Of a stretch of 59,428 nt of DNA, positions 16,385 through 24,618 are shown one piece after another (positions within the stretch are counted from its first letter, which is position 1; each line of letters starts with the position of its first letter). The translations under genes were made by a program, and so were the position numbers. The notes under the pieces are model-generated. The model was not told the origin of the DNA. It saw nothing but the letters and a program-made list of their open reading frames with translations, and did not search any database. Source of the DNA: a virus. Where the stretch lies: positions 1 through 59,428 of IMG/VR virus record IMGVR_UViG_2866649352_000001; one strand, written 5' to 3'.

Positions 16385-16840
16385 GTGATCCCCCGGGATC
16401 CGTGGGCAAGGGTCCCCGAGGATGAACGCGTCCGCCTGGTGGTGGTTGTCGGGTGTAGTCGGGCCAAGCGGGACAGGCCGGCTGATGCCGGGGAGCTGTA
16501 TACCGGCAGCTTCCACAAGCTGTGCATGGAGACGGCTAGGAGCCTACGGCCTGACAGGCTGTTCGTTCTGTCTGCCCGATACGGCCTGGTCGGACCAGGC
16601 CACCCCATGAGGCCCTACGACACCAGGATCGGGGATCCGGACCAGGTGAAGCCTGCTCGCCTGGTGCGACAGGCCAAGATGATGGGCTGCTGGCAGTCGG
16701 ACCTGACGATCGTCCTCGCGGGCCGTGAGTACGTCGAGCTGGCGCGCAAGGTTTGGCCTGACGCGGTCGCTCCTCTGGAGGGAGCGAGAGGGATCGCAGC
16801 GATGCGACGGATCCTTGCGGAAATCCGAGATAGGAAATAG
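16385..16840 (+). CDS. Hypothetical protein (151 aa)
   Basis: ORF track; GTG start; the pattern VVVGCSRAKR...LYTGSFHKL...VLSARYGLV...PYD is conserved-looking but the family is not confidently named. Confidence 0.55.
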   Translation: MIPRDPWARVPEDERVRLVVVVGCSRAKRDRPADAGELYTGSFHKLCMETARSLRPDRLFVLSARYGLVGPGHPMRPYDTRIGDPDQVKPARLVRQAKMMGCWQSDLTIVLAGREYVELARKVWPDAVAPLEGARGIAAMRRILAEIRDRK

Positions 16841-16854
16841 CCCCATTCTGTGAC

Positions 16855-16878
16855 GCCGGTCTTCGGACCGGCTTTTTT
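16855..16878 (+). terminator. Intrinsic terminator
   Basis: gccggtc-ttcg-gaccggc followed by TTTTTT. Confidence 0.8.
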
Positions 16879-16901
16879 CATGCCAAATTGGAGGAGGAAC
16901 T

Positions 16902-17447
16902 ATGGACGTCGCCGAGGTGATGGATTCGATCGAGTCTTCGCTGACGGGCCTTTTCAGCCAGATGGAGATCGCCGAGGAGGAAATTGAGCTGGCGCAGAAG
17001 CGCCACGGTGAACCGCTGCTGCTCCGGGACACTGATGGACGGCCGGTCAACATGGACGAGATGGGTCCGATCTGGCATTCGTTCCGACTACTGGGCCCCG
17101 ATCCAGACCGCGGATTTCCGGAACGGATGGAAACCGAGCTGCTCTACCGGCAGCACTGCGCCGAGCTGCTGGATCGCGTGGCCGAAGGGTTGGACACTCG
17201 CGCCGCCACGGGGGCGGAGCTGGTCATTGCGTTGTCGGAGGCGAGCATGGTGGCTCCGCTGACCAGCTCGGGCGCGGGGCTCTACCTGAAGCTGATGACG
17301 CGCTACTTCCCCGAGACGCTCGGGGCTTCCTTCGAGGAGGTCGGCCTGGAGGTGAAGGACTACCAGAAGCTCCACGGTCAGCAGATGGAGCAGGACGAGC
17401 TGTTCCTGAGGAAGAAGCTCCGTCAGGACTGGCGGGTGCAGAAGTGA
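16902..17447 (+). CDS. Hypothetical protein (181 aa)
   Basis: ATG after GGAGGAGGA. Confidence 0.6.
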   Translation: MDVAEVMDSIESSLTGLFSQMEIAEEEIELAQKRHGEPLLLRDTDGRPVNMDEMGPIWHSFRLLGPDPDRGFPERMETELLYRQHCAELLDRVAEGLDTRAATGAELVIALSEASMVAPLTSSGAGLYLKLMTRYFPETLGASFEEVGLEVKDYQKLHGQQMEQDELFLRKKLRQDWRVQK

Positions 17448-17647
17448 GCGACGAAAGCCCGCCCGACCTCGTCAAGAGCAGGGCACCCACAGTGTGGGAT
17501 GTGGTTCGATGGCCTGAGTACTACATCAGCGGGCCTGGACGACAGCAGGCCGGGGAGACGCGGTGCGATCATGGGTACAAGCTCACGGACTCCTGCCCCG
17601 GCTGTGACGTGGACAAGGAAGACCTCCGGGAGAAGCTGAACAAGTAA
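17444..17647 (+). CDS. Hypothetical protein (67 aa)
   Basis: GTGA-coupled start; C.H...C.GC motif. Confidence 0.5.
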   Translation: MSDESPPDLVKSRAPTVWDVVRWPEYYISGPGRQQAGETRCDHGYKLTDSCPGCDVDKEDLREKLNK

Positions 17648-17666
17648 TCCGTAAACGACGAAACCG

Positions 17667-17699
17667 CCCCTAGCCAACATGGGCTAGGGGCTTTGTTTT
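17667..17699 (+). terminator. Intrinsic terminator
   Basis: cccctagcc-aacatg-ggctagggg followed by CTTTGTTTT. Confidence 0.7.
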
Positions 17700-17721
17700 A
17701 GAAACTAAAGGGAGAAACAGG

Positions 17722-18051
17722 ATGGCTACTGAGATCAAGACGCTTCTGCTCGACGACATTGACGGCTCCGAGGCCAAGGAGACGATCACCTTCAGCTTGG
17801 ACGGGGAAAGTTTCGAGATCGACCTGAACGACAAGAACGCGGCGAAGCTGCGTAAGGCCCTGCACCCCTTCATGGAGAAGGGACGTCGGCAGAAGGCCAC
17901 CAGGCGACCGGCTGGGACGAGCAAGCCCGACGCCAGTCGGGAGCGGAACCAGGAGATTCGGCAGTGGGCGAAGGACAAGGGGATTAAGGTAAACGAGCGG
18001 GGCCGGATCCCGATCCACATCGTGCAGCGCTACGAGGCCGCGAACTCCTGA
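17722..18051 (+). CDS. lsr2: Lsr2-like nucleoid-associated protein
   Basis: N-terminal LLLDDIDGSEAKETITFSLDGESFEIDLNDKNAAKLRKAL, a basic linker, and C-terminal IRQWAKDKGIKVNERGRIPIHIVQRY (AT-hook-like RGR). This is the classic Lsr2 two-domain layout. Confidence 0.85.
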   Translation: MATEIKTLLLDDIDGSEAKETITFSLDGESFEIDLNDKNAAKLRKALHPFMEKGRRQKATRRPAGTSKPDASRERNQEIRQWAKDKGIKVNERGRIPIHIVQRYEAANS

Positions 18052-18196
18052 GGAGGAAGACCGTTGGATCGATCATCGCTACGCGATCAAGTCCAGCGAG
18101 CCGTCGATGCCAGCGATGGTGAGTACGGCATCGACAGCTTGGACCACGACGAGTTCTGGACAATCGTGTTCGACCACAGCATCGATTGAGGGTGCC

Positions 18197-18388
18197 ATGA
18201 GTACACACGAGATCAGTCACCTCGACACCATTGAGATCGTTCTCCCGCGAGAGACCGGTCACGCGACCGTCCGAGTCACGGGTAGCGGGGAGATCCTCAT
18301 CAACGTCATCGATGACGACGGGAACGAGAAGGGCTTCTTCGCCAAGATCGACGACATCGTGAAGTCTCCCGAGGAGTTGGGCGCCTAG
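18197..18388 (+). CDS. Hypothetical protein (63 aa)
   Basis: ATG after GAGGG. A further 41-aa ORF at 18064..18189 (TTG after GAGGAGGA) is possible. Confidence 0.45.
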   Translation: MSTHEISHLDTIEIVLPRETGHATVRVTGSGEILINVIDDDGNEKGFFAKIDDIVKSPEELGA

Positions 18389-18406
18389 TCCAGAAACGAG
18401 AAAAGC

Positions 18407-18436
18407 GGGGCACCCCTTCGGGGGTGCCCCTTTCTC
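18407..18436. terminator. Bidirectional terminator between convergent plus and minus gene blocks
   Basis: ggggcacccc-ttcg-ggggtgcccc, flanked by A-run and T-run. Confidence 0.75.
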
Positions 18437-18501
18437 TTAGTTCCTATTTCCCACTGAAGTAGTAGGAAATCACAAGAACCCGCGCCGGATTTTCGACGGG
18501 A

Positions 18502-18762
18502 TTACAGCTTGTCCTTCACGTAGGCCACAACCGTTCCGACCACGGCCAGGCGGAGAGTCTCCATCAGGCTCGGTAGGTCGAACTCGCCCTCGACGGGCAC
18601 GGTCACGAGGACTGTCGCCACAGTCGAGAACACGGCAGCGAGCAGACCAACGGCAAGGGCGATACCTACACGCTTCACGCGGGACACCGACTCGGAAGTC
18701 AGCTCCCCATCGTCCAGGACGTCGAAGGCGACGTCCTTAGCAGTGTCCTTCAGTTCACTCAT
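18502..18762 (-). CDS. Membrane protein, holin candidate (86 aa)
   Basis: Hydrophobic segments VGIALAVGLLAAVFSTVATVLVTV and LRLAVVGTVVAYV; lies downstream of the endolysin. Confidence 0.5.
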   Translation of the reverse strand: MSELKDTAKDVAFDVLDDGELTSESVSRVKRVGIALAVGLLAAVFSTVATVLVTVPVEGEFDLPSLMETLRLAVVGTVVAYVKDKL

Positions 18763-18889
18763 TCGGACTCCTCAGATTGAGATAGATCACGTCAGGCCGG
18801 GCGTCCCACACGAGGACGCATGGGACGCCAAGCAGCAAAAGCAAGATGACGGTGACGAGGATCGGATGCGCCTTCAGTAGGCGCATCAT
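18755..18889 (-). CDS. Small single-TM protein (44 aa; below cutoff), lysis-cassette member
   Basis: Hand-translated: MMRLLKAHPILVTVILLLLLGVPCVLVWDARPDVIYLNLRSPNE; ATGA overlap with the endolysin stop. Confidence 0.4.
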   Translation of the reverse strand: MMRLLKAHPILVTVILLLLLGVPCVLVWDARPDVIYLNLRSPNE

Positions 18890-19647
18890 GTGACCGGCGA
18901 CTCCCATGTGGCACGCCAGGTGTTCGGGCCAACGATGCCGTCAACCGACAGACCCTTCTCGGCCTGGAAGCGACGACACACGGTCTTCGAGGCAGGGCCG
19001 TACCAACCGTCAACGGCGATGTCCCAACCGCGGTCCTTCATCCGCTGCTGCCACTTACGGCACGTCTCCGTCTTACGAAGAGGCGGGTACTGGAGCATCG
19101 GGCCGGGGAAGGCGGGAGCCTTCTCGGTCTTCGGCTTGGGCTTCGGGGTAGCGGGCTTGCTGGGTGCAGGGGTATCCAGCTCCCAGTCGGGACGGCCGTA
19201 GCCGGCCACTGTGGAGGCGTCGCGGACACGACGCTTCACAGCGTCGGAAGTGTTGGCCTCAATGGTCTGGATTCGGCCATCGCCGAGAACCTTCTCAATG
19301 ATTCCAACGTGGTCGATGGCACCAACGGAGTTGGTTGCTCCCCAGTCAAAGAAGACGATGTCGCCGGGCTTCGCCTTCTTCAGGTTGGCGACCGTTCCTG
19401 TGTACCAGCGCTTGGCCTTCTGGAAGTCCTGCGCGTGCCAAACCGTGTAGGCGCGATCTCCGCCTGGGAGGACGGCCGAGGCGTTGCCGCTGTGCCGGGC
19501 CCAGTAGGTGATGGCCATGTCGCACCACGCAGCGCGCAGGAACGCGTCCCCGTGGCGGTTGGCGTATTCCTTAGTGATCTTGTTTGGACGGCCCGAGAGA
19601 CCGATGTCGGCACGAGCCACCTTGAGCAGGTCGGTTGGACCAGCCAT
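18886..19647 (-). CDS. Endolysin: N-terminal CHAP/NlpC-like amidase-peptidase plus C-terminal peptidoglycan-binding domain
   Basis: Motifs AAWCDM...DHVGII (Cys/His), a Pro/Lys linker, and C-terminal CRKWQQRMKDRGWDIAVDGWYGPASKTVCRRFQAEKGLSVDGIVGPNTW (PG_binding_1-like). Confidence 0.8.
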   Translation of the reverse strand: MAGPTDLLKVARADIGLSGRPNKITKEYANRHGDAFLRAAWCDMAITYWARHSGNASAVLPGGDRAYTVWHAQDFQKAKRWYTGTVANLKKAKPGDIVFFDWGATNSVGAIDHVGIIEKVLGDGRIQTIEANTSDAVKRRVRDASTVAGYGRPDWELDTPAPSKPATPKPKPKTEKAPAFPGPMLQYPPLRKTETCRKWQQRMKDRGWDIAVDGWYGPASKTVCRRFQAEKGLSVDGIVGPNTWRATWESPVT

Positions 19648-19781
19648 CAGCTTCCCACCCCTCGGAAGAAACCGTTCTCGTCCGGAATGCCGTACAGCTC
19701 CCGGAGAACCTCCTCTTCGTTCTCGACGGTGCGATCAGCACCGTTCTTTGGCTCCACAGGGAGCCCTTCGTTTTCGGCCAT
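19647..19781 (-). CDS. Hypothetical acidic protein (44 aa; below cutoff)
   Basis: Hand-translated: MAENEGLPVEPKNGADRTVENEEEVLRELYGIPDENGFFRGVGS; GGAGG RBS; stop overlaps the endolysin ATG. Confidence 0.4.
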   Translation of the reverse strand: MAENEGLPVEPKNGADRTVENEEEVLRELYGIPDENGFFRGVGS

Positions 19782-19790
19782 TTGGCCTCC

Positions 19791-20057
19791 TCACTTCACG
19801 AATGTCTGCGCTACGAAAAGGGCGACGGCGACCACCGCCGCGATAAGGGCGGAGGTCACGTTTGGCGAGACCTTGTCTTGCTTGTCCTTCTCAATCGCCC
19901 GGATGCGGATCTCGTGATCCGCCTGCTCTTCCCGGGTATCCGCTAGGAGTGTGGCGATTTCCGCGAGCTTCTCCGCAACCTTGCTTAGCTGCCTATTCGT
20001 TTCGATCTGCTGCTCGTAGAACTTCTCTTGGAGAGCAGAGAACTTGTCCTCTGTCAA
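19791..20057 (-). CDS. Coiled-coil protein with C-terminal TM anchor (88 aa)
   Basis: The C-terminal segment TSALIAAVVAVALFVAQTFVK is hydrophobic; lies upstream of the endolysin. Confidence 0.5.
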   Translation of the reverse strand: MTEDKFSALQEKFYEQQIETNRQLSKVAEKLAEIATLLADTREEQADHEIRIRAIEKDKQDKVSPNVTSALIAAVVAVALFVAQTFVK

Positions 20058-20078
20058 CGGAATCCTTGGGCGTGAAAA

Positions 20079-20109
20079 GGCCGCCCTTCTTCTCTGAGGA
20101 AGGGCGGCC
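20079..20109 (-). terminator. Stem-loop after the tail fiber gene
   Basis: ggccgccctt-cttctctgagg-aagggcggcc. Confidence 0.55.
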
Positions 20110-20124
20110 GTTGAGACTTGGTTC

Positions 20125-22266
20125 TTACGCAGCCACGAGGGCGACGGTGTATCCGCCTGCGTCGCCAGCGGTAACGTTCGCCGTGGCCGTGGCCAGAGGA
20201 ACGGTCTGCGGAGTGGCGACAGTCTGACCGGTGGCCATCATTCCGATGGACGTCGGAACGCCTCCGTACTGCTCGCGCCTGAGGGTCGCAGTGGCGTCAT
20301 TCTTGGTAAGTGATGTGATCGTCGAACCACGGCCCCAGTAGAAGCGTGCGACAACGGCGGGCGCCGAGTTCACAGCCAGGGCTGGAGCAACAAAGTTCCC
20401 GTTGATGTCGTCAACGGTGCCGTCCGAATCCAGCACCGTCGCGGCTGTGTAGCCCAGGACGATGCACGACATCAGCGCAGCCGTTCCCGTAAGCGTGAAG
20501 GTGTTCGAAGCGATCTCCGCAGCCTGCGCCACATACAGTGCAGACCTGGAGCCGGAGGCTCCATAGCTTCGGAGCAGTGTCCATCCCGCAGGAGGCGTCA
20601 TGGTCCCCTGCGTGTTCCAGCCGATGCAGGCAACGAGAGTGTCTCCGTCTGTCGCTGGCAGCGTGATGGAAGTGGAGTTCACCGATAGGCCGTCAGCATC
20701 GACGAAGGTCGGTGCCTCGGTAGCGTCAGGAACGACAGTTCCACCCTGGAGAGGTGACCACCCACCCGTTACACGCATATTCAGCGTTGGCGGAGTCGTC
20801 CCAGGGTTGATCCAAAGGTCTCCAGGCTCTGCCTGGAGAGGCTTGGGACCCGTGAATACCCTGGCATTACCAATGTTCGGTGCGTAGACCGTACCGTCCG
20901 CCGCGAATCCCGCCATCGGAATGTTATTCAGGTCGGCGACCTGGAACGCGTCGTTCGTCTGTCCATTCAGAAGACGAATACGAACAGGGACCCTTGTCGG
21001 AGCGGAAGGGATGACCCGCAGCTCTCCATACTCGTTGAAGTATCCAGTGCGCTCCCAAACAGGAGCTGCATCGGTACCCGTGTTGTAGAAAATGGCGAAG
21101 GTATCTGGAGCACTCGGCCTATCACCCGCAGGAATCCGAATGTTCAGAGCCTGTGTGGTGACGTTTCCGTCCGGGATACGAATCGAGCTTCCACCCGCTG
21201 TCAGTACGACGTCGCCAGGGTCTAGGACGTCACCGGGCTCCGGTGCGCCTGGGGCGACCTCTGTGTAGACCGGCTCGACGAGAATGCTCCTCATGATGAT
21301 GATGATCTGAACGCCGGCTCGGTCGCTTCGGTGCATGGTGCGGACAAAGTAGGTCTCACCGGGAGTCAGCCCGGAGATCAGCTTGCGCCTAGTCGAGCCC
21401 GACCAATACTCCATCTGCTGTCCGGCAGCGTCATCAACATTCGGAGCGACGACTACCGCTCCAGAGGCATTCTCTTCTCGAATCTCGAATCCGCAGTAAG
21501 CGGACGAGCTACCCTGCGCCTCAAGCTGGGCGTAGACGGTGATGAAGACCTGCCCCGAAGGCGGAGCCTCGAATGTCGTGGACACCTGAGGAGAACCCGC
21601 AATCCACGCAGTAGACGTGGTCTGCTGGGTAGCGGAGGAACCTGCTTCCTTTACTTCAATCCGCTCCGAAGAGATCGGGTACCAAGGCGACCAGAAGGGC
21701 TGACCATTGGAGTCGAGCTTGCCCAGGAAAACAGTTCCAGCGCCATCGGCGCTGGCGTCATAGATCATCCCGCCCGGCGAGGCCGGAGGCATCGCGGTAG
21801 GTAGGTAGGGACGGACCCGGTTGCCGATGAACCACCTGGCGTCGGTAGCCGTTCCCCAGTCCTCCGCAGTGACCTCAGCGGCCGGGGGCTGTGTCCACAG
21901 GCCGATCGGGCAGCGGTCGGGGCCGACGTTGCTTCCGTTCTGCTCGGTCAGCAGGACGGGGGTGATGGTCTTGGTCACCTCGTCGAGCTGGAGCACGACG
22001 AGGTCTGTGCGATCAGTGGCACCCGCGTTGGCAACGGTACTGATGACCTTCGGAGCTGTCAGTCGGTAGTGGAAACCGGAAACCTGAGCGTCGCCAACGT
22101 TGACCTGAATAGTGTTGGGTTCGGGGCCTGGCTCAATGGTCAGATCAGTTGTGCCGGGATGACCGTAAACGCCGGTGTCCTGGTAGCCCTCGGTCATCGC
22201 TGCCCAGTCCTCTTCGGTTACAAAGGCGCCGGGACCGGTGGAAAAAGGGTAAGCCTTCTCAGTCAT
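20125..22266 (-). CDS. Tail fiber / receptor-binding minor tail protein (713 aa)
   Basis: Large Gly/Thr/Ala-rich ORF, last in the tail module; ATG at 22266 overlaps the upstream stop. Confidence 0.6.
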   Translation of the reverse strand: MTEKAYPFSTGPGAFVTEEDWAAMTEGYQDTGVYGHPGTTDLTIEPGPEPNTIQVNVGDAQVSGFHYRLTAPKVISTVANAGATDRTDLVVLQLDEVTKTITPVLLTEQNGSNVGPDRCPIGLWTQPPAAEVTAEDWGTATDARWFIGNRVRPYLPTAMPPASPGGMIYDASADGAGTVFLGKLDSNGQPFWSPWYPISSERIEVKEAGSSATQQTTSTAWIAGSPQVSTTFEAPPSGQVFITVYAQLEAQGSSSAYCGFEIREENASGAVVVAPNVDDAAGQQMEYWSGSTRRKLISGLTPGETYFVRTMHRSDRAGVQIIIIMRSILVEPVYTEVAPGAPEPGDVLDPGDVVLTAGGSSIRIPDGNVTTQALNIRIPAGDRPSAPDTFAIFYNTGTDAAPVWERTGYFNEYGELRVIPSAPTRVPVRIRLLNGQTNDAFQVADLNNIPMAGFAADGTVYAPNIGNARVFTGPKPLQAEPGDLWINPGTTPPTLNMRVTGGWSPLQGGTVVPDATEAPTFVDADGLSVNSTSITLPATDGDTLVACIGWNTQGTMTPPAGWTLLRSYGASGSRSALYVAQAAEIASNTFTLTGTAALMSCIVLGYTAATVLDSDGTVDDINGNFVAPALAVNSAPAVVARFYWGRGSTITSLTKNDATATLRREQYGGVPTSIGMMATGQTVATPQTVPLATATANVTAGDAGGYTVALVAA

Positions 22267-23645
22267 CAAATTCTCTCATTCGTCTTCTCAACCAGCCTCC
22301 GCAGCCTTCGCAGTTCCCGGTAGACATAGGGCGTGCTCGAACTGGACTCTGTTCCGATGGTCGGCTTGATCGTCCACATTTCCTCGGCCTTGCAGCCGAG
22401 GCGAACTTCCTGGACCTGCTGTCGCAGGACTCCATCGGAGTCCGGGATGTTGGGGGGAAGAATGGAAGTGTCGATCAGAACTCGGACGACGTTTCCGATG
22501 CCGTAATGGACACCGAAGGTGCACGTCGGAATGTCCTGGACATCAAGACTGATCTGACCCTTGACGCCGTTCTCCACGAAATACACCGTGGCGGCCGTGT
22601 CGAACTTCAGATCCTCGACGCTGTTGTTGGGCGGCTCGGGCATGACGCCACCAACGACATTCGGGTGCCACTTCGTGTCACGCACATCGGCGTAAGCCTC
22701 GGTGGTGCGGTTCCAATAAGCCTCAATGGCCTCTCGACCCCAACCCGGATCCGACCATCCGGGAGGGTTGTGGAGGTTGTTCTTGACGTAGCGGTAGTAC
22801 CTTCGCGGATTGGCGTCAGTAGGGGTCGCACCCGAGAGGGTGACCCTGGTAGCTGAAGGGGCCTCGGAGACAATCTGCTGGCCGACGAGGTTTCCAACCT
22901 GCTCGTCGAAGACGACCGTCCCCGACTTGTCCGTAGCTGGAGCCACCCGAAGATGGATCTTCTCCGTCGTTGGATCCCAGTAGAAGCGGGTGTCGAGGTT
23001 GGCCCTCCGGCTCAGCTCGAATACCGGCTCCGCAATGGACTTCAGGTGAATCCCCGAGAAGCCCTTCCACAGATCGTCGTTCGGCAGTGATGTAGCAGAC
23101 GATGGAGCTTCGTTGGGCAGCTCCATGAAGGGAATCCTGCGACTCAGATCGTTGAAAGTGTCAACGTACGGAATCTTGAAATTCTGTAGGACCAGATGCC
23201 AGATCCACTCTGCGGAGTTCTCAGCAACGAGGCTCAGGGTCGAGCCAATCTGAAGCTCGCCGTCCCAGTCACCCTCTGTCTCCCGATTCCAGGTGTCCTC
23301 CGCATCGTTTCGGGCAATGCGCTCGTCGAACCACATGTTGTCGCACGAGCCGTTAACGGTGAGTGTTCCGGGGTCGTCCTTGGTCTTCGTTGACTTGATG
23401 GACGTGATCGGGCCAGTGAAAACCGGTGTGGTCTGTCCCTCAATGAAGATGACGACGCCGCGGCCTGGCTTGATAAGCCTGGCCTGTGTGGAACTGGACG
23501 GCATCTCGATCGTGAATGAACCGATGGCAAGGTGGCGGATGATGGCCTCGACGGAGTTGTACTCATCCAGTTCAGCGATCAGGGGCATTCGCCAATCGGG
23601 GTTCTTGGGAGCCTCCCTTAGGTACACTCGAAACTCGCTCATCAC
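22266..23645 (-). CDS. Minor tail protein (tail-tip/baseplate hub-like, 459 aa)
   Basis: Position after the distal tail protein; coupled starts. Confidence 0.6.
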   Translation of the reverse strand: MMSEFRVYLREAPKNPDWRMPLIAELDEYNSVEAIIRHLAIGSFTIEMPSSSTQARLIKPGRGVVIFIEGQTTPVFTGPITSIKSTKTKDDPGTLTVNGSCDNMWFDERIARNDAEDTWNRETEGDWDGELQIGSTLSLVAENSAEWIWHLVLQNFKIPYVDTFNDLSRRIPFMELPNEAPSSATSLPNDDLWKGFSGIHLKSIAEPVFELSRRANLDTRFYWDPTTEKIHLRVAPATDKSGTVVFDEQVGNLVGQQIVSEAPSATRVTLSGATPTDANPRRYYRYVKNNLHNPPGWSDPGWGREAIEAYWNRTTEAYADVRDTKWHPNVVGGVMPEPPNNSVEDLKFDTAATVYFVENGVKGQISLDVQDIPTCTFGVHYGIGNVVRVLIDTSILPPNIPDSDGVLRQQVQEVRLGCKAEEMWTIKPTIGTESSSSTPYVYRELRRLRRLVEKTNERI

Positions 23646-24607
23646 ATCCCCAGGTACTTCGTGCGGTAGGTGAAAGAAGCTGCGCCTGGTTCCGTGGTGA
23701 GGCCGTCAATTGAGACCGTGTTGACACCGGGGTCGATGTACCAGAAGCGGGGGTTGGTCCCCAGAGCGCTCCAGGTGATGTCCACTCCTGCGGAGGTGGA
23801 AAGCTTCACCTGCCCGGGTGTGGTGACGAGCGTCGCCGTCTCCCCGGCTTCGAGCTGGAGGCCGTCGATGACCAGCGACTCTTCGGGGCTGTAGTTGGTC
23901 TCCGCCCGGACCAGGGCGAACGGTTCATTGATCGGTCCCTGGAGGTGCCACGTGGGCTTGACGCTCACCGAGCCCGGATAGAAGAAAGAAGTCTCAGACA
24001 CGAAGGTCGGCGCGGGGGAGACCTTGAAGCCGCCCGTCAGTCCGTCAACGGAGACGAACTCCTCGCCCTCGGGCGGGAAGAAGGGGACCTGCTCCTCGAA
24101 GGTCAGGAAGTCGATTCGTGTGTCCTCGCGGGCTCGGAACCATGGGTCGGTGCTCCGCAGGATGAGGCCGTACTTGAGATGACGTAGCCCCGCTACGTCC
24201 TGGTCCTCATCGCCCTCAAGGCCGGACTTGTAGTAGACCTCGATCTCTCGCTGGGGCTCAGGGGTATCGGCCTCGTCGTATTCCGCTGTGACGAGACGAG
24301 CCATGCGTCGAGCCATCCGGGACGGTGGCAGCGCCTCCAGGAGACGGCGCTTGGTGGCAACCAGCTCGGGGCGGGAGTCCCCGACGAGAGTGAGGGGGAG
24401 GAAAATCTCCCTAGCTAGAGCCCTCTGGGCTCGGGGGAACTCGCCATCACGAGCCGGGTACTCGTCGGCCTGGACGTCCCAGGGCGGCATGTCGAGCCCC
24501 TTGGCTCCCTTACGAAGCCAGATGGAGCCGTGGAGGTCCCCCATGGCCAGGAGGGGAATCTGAGAGCCGTCAACCCCTTCCAGGGTGACCATGGGGAACT
24601 GATCCAC
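23642..24607 (-). CDS. Distal tail protein-like minor tail protein (321 aa)
   Basis: Immediately downstream of the tape measure; GTG after AAGGAGA. Confidence 0.6.
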   Translation of the reverse strand: MDQFPMVTLEGVDGSQIPLLAMGDLHGSIWLRKGAKGLDMPPWDVQADEYPARDGEFPRAQRALAREIFLPLTLVGDSRPELVATKRRLLEALPPSRMARRMARLVTAEYDEADTPEPQREIEVYYKSGLEGDEDQDVAGLRHLKYGLILRSTDPWFRAREDTRIDFLTFEEQVPFFPPEGEEFVSVDGLTGGFKVSPAPTFVSETSFFYPGSVSVKPTWHLQGPINEPFALVRAETNYSPEESLVIDGLQLEAGETATLVTTPGQVKLSTSAGVDITWSALGTNPRFWYIDPGVNTVSIDGLTTEPGAASFTYRTKYLGM

Positions 24608-24618
24608 GGTGAATCTCC

